DNA of 64,000 bases from an uncultured Hyphomicrobium sp. (GCA_964589785.1 CAZPUQ010000010.1:874-64873), one strand, 5' to 3'. Shown: positions 31,983 through 40,535, numbered from the stretch's first letter. Numbers and translations: made by a program. The notes: generated by a model not told the origin, from the letters alone.

Positions 31983-32001
31983 GCGCGGCGGGCCGGGCCC
32001 A

Positions 32002-33084
32002 TCAGGCGCCGGCGTCCGCGAACGTGACGAGCTTGCGGCTGTCCTCGTCCCACAGCTTGAGCTTCGCGCACTTGAAGCTCTCCCACAGCGTGATCCTGTT
32101 CATCGTCTGCAGCTCCGGGCTGCCGTTCAGGCATGCCTGCAGGCGATAGTTGGGGATCATGCTGTTGAGGTGGTGGATGTGGTGCAGGCCGATCGAGCCG
32201 GTGAACCAGTTCAGCACCGGATGCAGCGCATAGTAGGAGCTGCCGAACAGGGCTGCGACCTGGAACGTCCAGTCGGTGCTCGACTCCCAGACCGTATCCT
32301 CGAACTGGTGCTGGATGAAGAACAGCCAACCGCCGGCGGCGGCCGCAATGTGCACGAGCGGCCAGACGACGAAGAAGAGGTTCGAGTAGCCGGTGAAGGC
32401 GCCGATCACGCCATAGAAGACGGTGAGCGCGAGATTGAGGCCCATCACGCTCTTCCAGGTGTCGCGGGCCGGGTAGGGATGGAACCAGGGGAACCGCTGG
32501 AGAATGATGAAATAGAACGGCACGCCGAGGCCGAACAGGAAGATCGGATTGCGGTAGAGGCGGTAGCGCTGCTTGCCGAGCGGCGACAGCGCGCGCCACT
32601 CCCTCACCGTCAGCGTGTCGATGTCGCCGACGCCGCGCTTCTCCAGGTGGCCGGAGGTGGCGTGATGCTGAGCATGCTCGCGCCGCCAGAGTCCGTACGG
32701 CGTGACCGTGATGAGGCTCATGGCGCGGCCGGTCCACGTGTTGGCCGCGTTCGTCGTCATGAACGAGCCGTGGCCGCAGTCGTGCTGGATGATGAAGAAG
32801 CGCACCACGAGCAGCCCGCCGGGGATGGCAAGCAGAAGCGTCGCCCAGTAGTGCGTCTCGACCGTCAGGAACATCGCCGCCACGATGGCCGCGAACGGCA
32901 CGATCGTGGTGAGGAGCTGCAGCGCCGCGCGGCGGTTGTCGGCACCGCGGAACTTCGCGCAGTGCTGCGCGAGCCTCATGGCCAACGCCTTGAGGGCGGC
33001 GCGGTCTGCGACGGGATCGATGGCGGATGGCTCGGGAATGCGGTGGCGGGGCGCAGCCTGCGCGACGGCGGTGGCTTGAAGCAT
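32002..33084 (-). CDS. membrane fatty-acid desaturase (DesA-like)
   Basis: Three histidine boxes (HDCGHGSF, HAQHHA, HHIHHL) and multiple TM segments. Confidence 0.9.
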   Translation of the reverse strand: MLQATAVAQAAPRHRIPEPSAIDPVADRAALKALAMRLAQHCAKFRGADNRRAALQLLTTIVPFAAIVAAMFLTVETHYWATLLLAIPGGLLVVRFFIIQHDCGHGSFMTTNAANTWTGRAMSLITVTPYGLWRREHAQHHATSGHLEKRGVGDIDTLTVREWRALSPLGKQRYRLYRNPIFLFGLGVPFYFIILQRFPWFHPYPARDTWKSVMGLNLALTVFYGVIGAFTGYSNLFFVVWPLVHIAAAAGGWLFFIQHQFEDTVWESSTDWTFQVAALFGSSYYALHPVLNWFTGSIGLHHIHHLNSMIPNYRLQACLNGSPELQTMNRITLWESFKCAKLKLWDEDSRKLVTFADAGA

Positions 33085-33343
33085 TCTAATCCGGTTCTGA
33101 GTTCACGTTGACGTTGTGTCGAGGTTCGCCGATGGCAACGCGCCTAGCATATTCGCTTGTCGCCTGCGAGGCTCATTCGGCTGCCGATGGTCGCTCGCGC
33201 ACGAAATCCCACAGGCTGTGAGATCGCTGCCGCAGGTTTGGCGGCGTATTGCGGTTCGACGACGGCAAAGCGCGTGATCTCGATCAATTGCGGATGGCGC
33301 AAGGGCCGCACGCAACCGCGCGCAAGCGGCATGAATATGACAA

Positions 33344-33470
33344 GGGCCGCGCATGGCGGCCCTTGTTTGCCTTTCGTCAAGTGCTGGGGCCGCACATGGC
33401 GACCCTTGTTTGTCTCTCGTCAAGTGCTGGCTGCGCGTGGCGGCCCTTGTTTGTCTTGCGTCAAGTGCTG
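33344..33470. repeat. three tandem 43/43/41-nt stem-loop repeat units
   Basis: Each unit has the form GGGCCGCnCATGGCGnCCC-TTGTTTG-nCTnTCG-TCAAGTGCTG. Units read directly at 33344-33386, 33387-33429 and 33430-33470. Confidence 0.85.
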
Positions 33471-33479
33471 AGCGGTTGC

Positions 33480-34697
33480 TCAGTGCTGGCCCCAGATCTC
33501 CACAACCGCGGGCGTCCCCTCGAAGAGGTTCTTCAGCCCCTTGGCGAGATCGAAGCGCGAGCGATATTTCGCCTGGATCTCCTTGATGGCCGACCGTCCG
33601 GACTTGAACTCGAGCGGACCGTACGGATTGCCCGGATCGATGCGCTCGCGCATCGAGAACACCTCGTCGGGACCGGTGAAGAACACCACGCGCACCTCGC
33701 GCAGCGTGATCGCACGGTCCTTCGCCACGACGCGCAGCTTGGAGAAGCCGCCCTCGTTCTTGCCGACCGTGATCGTATCGTTGTCGAAGCCGGTGAAGCC
33801 TGCGGTCTGTCCGCCGAGCAGCACCCAGCCCGCATTGTACCTCTTGCCTTCGCCGCCCGGCCCGAGCCAGCCGTCCGCGTACTGGCCCGTCACCTCGATG
33901 CGCGCCTGGCCCTTGAAGTTCGGCTTGGAGCGGTAGCTCATCTGGATCTCGCGGATGAACTTGCCGCCGTCGATCTCCATCCACGACGTGCGCATGTTGG
34001 AGCGGATGTCGGCATCCACCGCGAGGTCCTGCGTGGTGCCGTCCATGTACAGCACCTTCAGCGAGTTGAGATGCACGTCGTTGCCGAGAACGCGCAGGCG
34101 GATGCGGTCGAACTTGCCGACCTCGCCGCCGACCTTGATCACGTCGCGGTCGATGCCGAAGCCCACGTTCTGGTAGCCGAACATCACGTCGTTGCCGTCG
34201 ACCACGGGACCTTTCGTGTTGACCGGCGTCGTCGTGGCCGGTGCGTTTTCCGCCGACAGGTCACCCGTCGCCGGCCCTTTGGGCCGTTCCATCCGGCGCC
34301 CGTCCCGCGTCTGCAGGCCGAGCACCTGCAGCGAGCCCCGGCCGTTGGTCGCCTTCCAGGTCACGTTCACCTTGTCGATGAACCGGTCGGCGGAGCCCGG
34401 CGCGATCTCGCGGCTGCGCTCCCCTTTCTTCATGTCGATCTGGCGATCCTCGTTATGCACCGATCCGTCGCTGTAGACGATCTGCACGCGCTCGAGATCG
34501 ATCGTGCTGCTTCCCTTGTTCTTGACGCGGATACCGCGGAACGCCCCCGGCGCCTGGCTGACATCGATGCTCGCGCTGCCCGCGCCGCTGATGTCGATGC
34601 TCTCCGTCGCGATCCCCACGAGTTCCTGGGCCTGCGCAATGCCGACCGTACCGGCCGCCGCAAGGGCGAGCCCGGCCAGAATGAGCCTGCGAAACAT
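33480..34697 (-). CDS. secreted protein with three internally repeated ~110-130-aa domains (possibly DUF2541/YaaI-like)
   Basis: Signal peptide MFRRLILAGLALAAAGTVGIAQA, with GGGGAG 7 nt upstream of ATG 34697. Three segments share the pattern F-x-x-I/L-R-V...L-x-x-V/L-x-V/I-x-Y/F-x-D/G-G...I-x-E/K-I/V-x-x-x-Y/W-+. Confidence 0.75.
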   Translation of the reverse strand: MFRRLILAGLALAAAGTVGIAQAQELVGIATESIDISGAGSASIDVSQAPGAFRGIRVKNKGSSTIDLERVQIVYSDGSVHNEDRQIDMKKGERSREIAPGSADRFIDKVNVTWKATNGRGSLQVLGLQTRDGRRMERPKGPATGDLSAENAPATTTPVNTKGPVVDGNDVMFGYQNVGFGIDRDVIKVGGEVGKFDRIRLRVLGNDVHLNSLKVLYMDGTTQDLAVDADIRSNMRTSWMEIDGGKFIREIQMSYRSKPNFKGQARIEVTGQYADGWLGPGGEGKRYNAGWVLLGGQTAGFTGFDNDTITVGKNEGGFSKLRVVAKDRAITLREVRVVFFTGPDEVFSMRERIDPGNPYGPLEFKSGRSAIKEIQAKYRSRFDLAKGLKNLFEGTPAVVEIWGQH

Positions 34698-34986
34698 GAA
34701 ACACTCCCCTAGGTTTTGCTGGAAGCCCCCGGCTTCACAGAGGCCTTTATCTGAAACCCCCGCGACGCGGAAGGCAAGCGAACCTCCGATGCGCCGTACG
34801 CTGCGCGAAACTGTGATGCCGGATCGCAACAGAACGCCGCCGCAGATTGCAGGGCTTCTAACTTTTCCTGGCGCGCTGCCGCCTTAACCACGTCGCGCGC
34901 CGTGCCACAATTGCCGCCGAAGTCCGGTGCGCGGGCCGGCTGCAACGTGCATCGAGAATTTGCGATGCAGATTTTAGGGGATTAGC

Positions 34987-36435
34987 GTGGCGCACCGGCC
35001 AGGGTCGCGCGCCGGCGGACGACGCATGGCTCTCTCACCGACAGAGTCCAGACCGGACCGGCACGCGATCGAAGCGGCGATGGCCGATCTCGCGCGCGCC
35101 TTCGGTGCGCGCTGCGCGACAGCTGAGGCCGTATGCGAGCAGCACGCGAGCACGCTCACGGGGCTCGCCAGCGAGCCGCCCGATGCCGTCGTCTGGCCGC
35201 AGACGATCGCCGAGGTGCAGGCGGTCGTCGCGATCGCGCGGCGCTGGCGCGTGCCGCTCGTGCCCTTCGGCGCCGGCACCTCGCTCGAGGGCCAGGTGAA
35301 TGCGCCGCGGGGTGGCATCTCGGTCGACTTCTCGCGCATGAACCGCGTCCTGCGCATCGGCGCCGACGACCTCGACGTCAGCGTCGAGCCGGGCGTCACG
35401 CTCGAGGGCTTGAACGAGGCGCTGCGTCACACGGGGCTCTTCTTCCCTGTCGATCCCGGCGCGGGCAGCGCGACGCTGGGCGGCATGGCCTCCACGCGCG
35501 CCTCCGGCACGACGACGGTGCGCTACGGCGCCATGCGCGAGAACGTGCTGGCGATGAAGGTCGTGCTCGCGGACGGCTCGCTCATCGCGACGGGGTCGCG
35601 GGCCCGCAAGTCGGCGGCGGGATACGATCTGACGCGGCTCCTCATCGGCGCGGAGGGGACGCTCGGGCTCATCGTCGAGCTGACGCTGCGCCTGCAGCCG
35701 CGCCCCGAGACGGTGCTGGCGGGCGTGGCAGGATTTCCCTCGGTCGAGGCCGCCGCCCGGGCGACCTGCGTAGCCGTGCAATCGGGCTTGTCGCTGATGC
35801 GCATCGAGCTCCTCGACGCGGCGATGATCCGCATCGTCAACGCCCAGTCGGGAACCGCGCTGCCCAACGAGGGCCCGGCGCTGTTCGTGGAGGTCGCGGG
35901 CACGCCGGCGCAGGCGGCCGAGCATCTGGCGCTGTTCTCCGCCATCGTGGAGGGCGAGGACGGCCACTGGCTCGGGCAGGCGGCGACCGGAGACGAGCGC
36001 CGCCGCATCTGGAAGGCGCGCCACGATGCGTTCTGGTCCGTGCGCGCGGCCCATCCCGGCCGGACGTTTCTCGTCACCGACGTATGCGTGCCCGTCTCGC
36101 GGCTGGCGCAGTGCTTGGCGGAGACGACGGCCGACATCGCGGCGAGCGGCTTCATTGCGCCCATCGTCGGCCATGTCGGAGACGGCAACTTTCACTCCAT
36201 CGTCGTGTTCGACGGCGACGACGCGGCGGTGCGCACGGCGGTCACGGCCTACCTCGACCGCCTCGCCGCCCGCGCGATCGCCATGGAGGGGACCTGCACC
36301 GGCGAGCACGGCATCGGCCAGGGCAAGGCGACGTATCTGGCCGCCGAGGTTGGTCCGGCGCTCGACGTCATGCGCCGGATCAAGGCCGCGCTCGATCCCG
36401 ACGGCCTCCTCAATCCGGGCAAGTTCGCTGGCTAG
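34987..36435 (+). CDS. FAD-linked oxidase (GlcD / D-lactate dehydrogenase family)
   Basis: FAD_binding_4-like region PLVPFGAGTSLEGQ and the C-terminal ...GEHGIGQGKATYL...LDPDGLLNPGK. GTG 34987 has AGGGGA at 5-nt spacing. ATG 35026 is an alternative start. Confidence 0.88.
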   Translation: MAHRPGSRAGGRRMALSPTESRPDRHAIEAAMADLARAFGARCATAEAVCEQHASTLTGLASEPPDAVVWPQTIAEVQAVVAIARRWRVPLVPFGAGTSLEGQVNAPRGGISVDFSRMNRVLRIGADDLDVSVEPGVTLEGLNEALRHTGLFFPVDPGAGSATLGGMASTRASGTTTVRYGAMRENVLAMKVVLADGSLIATGSRARKSAAGYDLTRLLIGAEGTLGLIVELTLRLQPRPETVLAGVAGFPSVEAAARATCVAVQSGLSLMRIELLDAAMIRIVNAQSGTALPNEGPALFVEVAGTPAQAAEHLALFSAIVEGEDGHWLGQAATGDERRRIWKARHDAFWSVRAAHPGRTFLVTDVCVPVSRLAQCLAETTADIAASGFIAPIVGHVGDGNFHSIVVFDGDDAAVRTAVTAYLDRLAARAIAMEGTCTGEHGIGQGKATYLAAEVGPALDVMRRIKAALDPDGLLNPGKFAG

Positions 36436-36774
36436 CGGTGGCCCGGATCGGGGATGCCGACGGGACCGCGCCGACGCACCGGTCGCCTGTTCAAAAAATT
36501 GTTTGCGAGCCATCTGAGCGCGGCGTGTCGCCGGTTAACGCACTCTTGCGGACGTGCCCTGTTTTCGAGCGGATTTTTGGCTTCGGCCGGGGGCGGGCGA
36601 GGGTCCTGACGTCATGTGCGCGGGTGGCGTCAACAAAGTGTTGCCGTCCGCCTCGCGGCGCGACGTTCAAAAAATCGAAATTGCGTACAAATGCGCGCGT
36701 CCATTGCACGAGATCGCAATGAGTTCCGTGGCAAGCTCCGCATACATCAACGTCAAATCGTGTGGGAGCGATCG

Positions 36775-39048
36775 GTGGCGAACATCCTGGGTACTGCGGG
36801 CAACGACGTTATGGTCGGCACGACGGAAGCCGACCGAATGGAGGGCGGCGAGGGCAACGACCGCATCAATGGGGGCGCCGGCGACGACGAGATCTACGGC
36901 GGCGTTGGCAACGATACGCTGACGGGTGATGCCGGCAACGACCGCCTCTTCGGCGAGGACGGCAACGACGGCTTCTACGGCGGCGGCGGCAACGATTATA
37001 TCGACGGCGGCAACGGCGACGACGTCCTTTTCGGCGACGGCGGCAATGACGTCTTGATCGGCGGCGCCGGCAACGACCGCCTCAACGGCGGCACGGGCGA
37101 CGATACCTTCATCTACCGCGCCGGGGATGGCAACGACGTCATCGTCGGCGGCCAGGGCAACGACACGCTCGAGCTCGTCCTCACCGGCGCCGACGTGACC
37201 GACGCGCTGCGGAGTGACCTTGCCGCCTACCAGGTCTGGGCCGCCGGCCAGCTCAGCGCTGCGGGCTCGCAGGCCAATCTCGTCGCGCAGACGACGGGCG
37301 AAACCTTCACCTTCGCCTCCCTCGGGCTCAGCATCTCGGCGCTGGAAGGCGTGACGGTCTCGGTGGACGGACAGACGGTTGCCATTGCCGACCTGCTCAA
37401 TGCCGCCCCGGTCGCGGCCGCGAACGCCTCCTTCGCCATTGCGGAGGACAGCGTGCTCGAGGCAGCCATTGTCGCGAGCGACGCGGACGGCGACGTGCTG
37501 ACCTATGTGATGGAGAGCGGCCCGTCGCACGGCTCGCTGAGCCTCGACAGCGCGACCGGCCACTTCATATACACGCCGGCGGGCAACTTCAGCGGCGCCG
37601 ACAGCTTCAGCGTGCGTGTCACCGATCCCGACGGCGCCAGCGTGGTACAGACGGTCAACGTCGGCGTGGCCGCGGTCGCCGATGCGGCGATCCTCACGGC
37701 GGACGACGTTACGGTGTCGCTCAAGCGTCCGACGATCACGGGCACGAGCGGCAACGATGTCCTGCGCGGCGACCAGACGGTAGCCAGCGCCACGGTCTCG
37801 CTGGCGATTGCCGCCGCGCTTCAGGATTTGGACGGATCGGAGACCTTGAGCGTTCGCATCGACGGCGTGCCCGCCCGTGCCACCCTGTCGGCCGGCGTCC
37901 GCAATGCCGACGGTTCCTGGACGCTCTCGGCGGCGAACCTCGCGGGGCTCATGCTCACGACCCCGACGTCACAGCCGGTCACGCTCAAGGTGACGGCGAC
38001 GGCCACCGAGCAGTCGGGCGAGACCGTGTCCGTCACGGATACGGTCGAGGTCAGGTTCGACCACGGCGCCCCCAACGATACGTTCATCGCCTCCACGGGC
38101 AACGATACGTATGACGGCCGCACCGGCTTCGACACGGTCGACTATTCCGCCATCAAGACAGCCGTCAAAGTTGATCTGTCGGACTCCTCGGCCACGGGCC
38201 CGGGCAAACAGACCCTCATCAGCATCGAGCGGGTCATCGGCACGGCCTTCAACGATCGGATCATCGGCAGCTCGGGCGACGACGTTCTGGAAGCCGGGGC
38301 CGGCGATGACCGCATCGAAGGCGGCGCGGGCAACGATGTGCTGGTCGACGGCGCCGGCAACGACCGCTACGACGGCGGGACCGGCAACGACGTGATGATC
38401 GACGCCGCAGGCGACGACCGTTACGACGGCGGCGCGGGCGACGATGTCATGATCGACGGCGCGGGTAACGACCGCTACGAGGGCGGCGCAGGCGATGACG
38501 TCATGTTCGACGGCGCAGGCGACGACCGCTACGACGGCGGCGCGGGTATCGACACCCTCGACTATTCGAGGGCGACACAGGGCGTTGTCGTCGATGCCGA
38601 CAGCGAGACCGTCTCCGGCATGGGCAAGGATCGCTACAGTTCGATTGAGAAGATCATCGGGTCGAAGTTCGCCGACCGGTTCCAGGGCAGCAACGGCGAT
38701 GACGTCTTCGACGGCGGCGCCGGCAATGACTGGTTCCGCGGCTTCAAGGGCGCGGATGTCTTCACGGGCGGCGAAGGTCGCGACACCTTCGTATGGCACG
38801 AGGAGGACGTTTCCCGTAGCCGCAAGTCGGAAGGCGTCGACAGGATCACCGACTTCAGCGCCGGCGACGTCCTCGATCTGAGCGACATCGCCAACGGCTC
38901 GTCGCGCGCCGTGATGGTCACCGATACGAAGGCCGGCTCGGTGGTTTCGGTCAAGATGGGCAGCACGTTCTACGACGTGGCCCTGCTCGAGAACGTGCAT
39001 GGCGTCACGACGGGCTCTCTGCTCGCCGATGGCAGCCTCATCGTCTGA
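36775..39048 (+). CDS. RTX-type calcium-binding repeat protein with cadherin/Ig-like middle region (putative T1SS substrate/adhesin)
   Basis: Starting at residue 5 there is a long run of GGxGxDxux nonapeptides (GTAGNDVMVG...GGAGDDEIYGGVGNDTLTGDAGNDRLFG...). The middle has DADGDVLTY...FSVRVTDPDG modules, followed by a second RTX block. GTG 36775 has GGGAG upstream. The upstream part of ORF 36616.. was discarded. Confidence 0.88.
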   Translation: MANILGTAGNDVMVGTTEADRMEGGEGNDRINGGAGDDEIYGGVGNDTLTGDAGNDRLFGEDGNDGFYGGGGNDYIDGGNGDDVLFGDGGNDVLIGGAGNDRLNGGTGDDTFIYRAGDGNDVIVGGQGNDTLELVLTGADVTDALRSDLAAYQVWAAGQLSAAGSQANLVAQTTGETFTFASLGLSISALEGVTVSVDGQTVAIADLLNAAPVAAANASFAIAEDSVLEAAIVASDADGDVLTYVMESGPSHGSLSLDSATGHFIYTPAGNFSGADSFSVRVTDPDGASVVQTVNVGVAAVADAAILTADDVTVSLKRPTITGTSGNDVLRGDQTVASATVSLAIAAALQDLDGSETLSVRIDGVPARATLSAGVRNADGSWTLSAANLAGLMLTTPTSQPVTLKVTATATEQSGETVSVTDTVEVRFDHGAPNDTFIASTGNDTYDGRTGFDTVDYSAIKTAVKVDLSDSSATGPGKQTLISIERVIGTAFNDRIIGSSGDDVLEAGAGDDRIEGGAGNDVLVDGAGNDRYDGGTGNDVMIDAAGDDRYDGGAGDDVMIDGAGNDRYEGGAGDDVMFDGAGDDRYDGGAGIDTLDYSRATQGVVVDADSETVSGMGKDRYSSIEKIIGSKFADRFQGSNGDDVFDGGAGNDWFRGFKGADVFTGGEGRDTFVWHEEDVSRSRKSEGVDRITDFSAGDVLDLSDIANGSSRAVMVTDTKAGSVVSVKMGSTFYDVALLENVHGVTTGSLLADGSLIV

Positions 39049-39252
39049 GGTGAGGTGAAGCGCATAATGCGGGACGCGCGGGCGTTAACGGTTCGTTAGC
39101 GCCCGCGTTCCGTTCGCGCGCCCGGCAGGCGGTAGGCAAATCGTTCAGAACTAGGGCTTAACCTGAACGCGCCGCACGATCCACGTCCGGCGCGCCTCAA
39201 GCGTCGCGTGCCGCGGTCGGGCGCTGCGGCAAGCCACGAGGGCCAAGAGGAC

Positions 39253-40128
39253 ATGAGCGAGATCCCGGTCAGGACAGTCGTGAACGGGATCGGCGCGGCC
39301 GCGGCGGCGATCGTCGTCGGCTGGGCCGTCCTGTCCATGCTCGAGAGCGATCAGGCGACCGTCTGCGAAGGCCGCTACGCGTTGGCGACGCGCTTCTCGC
39401 TGGCGGACGAGACCGGCGGCGCCCTATCGAGCAGCGGCTTGCAGGCCCACGTCGGCGCCGGCGAATGGGGCGTGATCGAGAACAGCGCCATCGTCGAGGG
39501 CAGTTCCGGAGCGCCCGCCCGGCATGTGCTGGAGGTGGCGATCGAGAAAGGCACGGGCAGCGGCCACCAGGATAACCTGAGCCGTGGCGGTATCGGCTTC
39601 GCATGGATGCCGTTCGACATGCAGGAGGCCGCCCCGGACCGGGCCTGTCTCAGCTATCGGATTCGACTGCCGGAGGACTTCGACTTCGGCACGGCGGGGA
39701 CGCTGCCCGGCCTCTTCCTCGGCAGCGATTTCGACCCGCGCGGGGAGCCCCAGGCCGGCTTGGGCGCGGCCGCGCGGCCCGGCTGGCACAAAGGCGGGGC
39801 GATTGGCGTTCGCCTCCAGTATGCGGGCAACGGCGCATGGCAAAATCCCCTGGCCGTTCCGACCAAATCTGCCTGGCCGAGAGGCAGATGGACTGCGATC
39901 GATCAGGAAATCATTCTCAACGAGATCGGCAAGAAAAACGGCGTGGTTCGTCTATGGATCGATGGCGAGCTCGTCGGCGAGAACACGAAGCTCGGCCTGC
40001 GCGGCGACCCGGCCCTGGCGATGGCGGGCGTTCTGGCGGACGTCCATTACGGCGCCATTGGCAGTGCCGCAGCAGCTCCCCAGGATGCCAAAATTCAGAT
40101 ATCGCCTTTTGTCATACGATGGAAATAA
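39253..40128 (+). CDS. membrane-anchored protein, polysaccharide-lyase-like (PF14099/PL14-like) by motif memory
   Basis: N-terminal TM segment (GIGAAAAAIVVGWAVLSML). The motifs GTAGTLPGLFLG and GVVRLWIDGELVGE resemble the GGKLPGL and W-x-N-G motifs I associate with the PL14 / concanavalin-like lyase fold. ATG 39253 has AAGAGGA upstream. The coding call is solid and the function tentative. Confidence 0.65.
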   Translation: MSEIPVRTVVNGIGAAAAAIVVGWAVLSMLESDQATVCEGRYALATRFSLADETGGALSSSGLQAHVGAGEWGVIENSAIVEGSSGAPARHVLEVAIEKGTGSGHQDNLSRGGIGFAWMPFDMQEAAPDRACLSYRIRLPEDFDFGTAGTLPGLFLGSDFDPRGEPQAGLGAAARPGWHKGGAIGVRLQYAGNGAWQNPLAVPTKSAWPRGRWTAIDQEIILNEIGKKNGVVRLWIDGELVGENTKLGLRGDPALAMAGVLADVHYGAIGSAAAAPQDAKIQISPFVIRWK

Positions 40129-40535
40129 TGGAGCGGACCGCCGGCTATCCCGCCGACGAGTCGGCTCGGATTGGGAGGGGTGCGCGGGTGGGTTTAACGC
40201 GGCGCCATTTCGGCTGTCTGGTTGCGGCGCTCTATTTCGCCGGCGGCCTGCTGCTGCTAGCCGATTTTATCCGCGAGCCCGCCGAGGCAGGTGCCCATCT
40301 GCCGCTGGCTTGGCATGTGTTTCCCGCCTCTCTCGTCGCGACGCTTGCTGCGGCGACAGCGGGCTTTTCCGCGCCGCTCGACCCGGTTTGGTACGTAACG
40401 CCGGACATTGTGGCGGCCAGCTACGTGGCGGCACTTACAATTTGCACATGGGTGATCTTCCGGGTCGTCGCCGGCCCGCTGCGGACGCGGCCGGAGGTAA
40501 CGGAAAGCAGCGGCGTGGAAGATATTGAACGCTGA
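40128..40535 (+). CDS. small hypothetical membrane protein (about 3 TM segments)
   Basis: Its ATG overlaps the upstream TAA (TAATG). Hydrophobic segments include CLVAALYFAGGLLLLA, FPASLVATLAAATAGF and IVAASYVAALTICTWVIFRVVA. Third-position GC looks lower than in neighbouring genes. Confidence 0.55.
   Translation: MERTAGYPADESARIGRGARVGLTRRHFGCLVAALYFAGGLLLLADFIREPAEAGAHLPLAWHVFPASLVATLAAATAGFSAPLDPVWYVTPDIVAASYVAALTICTWVIFRVVAGPLRTRPEVTESSGVEDIER

Noticed and set aside
33344-33470. CRISPR array.
   Set aside because: The units are directly abutting with no spacers, there are only three copies, and no cas genes are present.
36775-39048. RTX cytolysin (hemolysin/leukotoxin-type) operon.
   Set aside because: There is no acyltransferase (rtxC-like), hydrophobic pore-forming domain or T1SS genes. 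The architecture with Ig/cadherin-like modules points to an adhesin or S-layer-like repeat protein instead.
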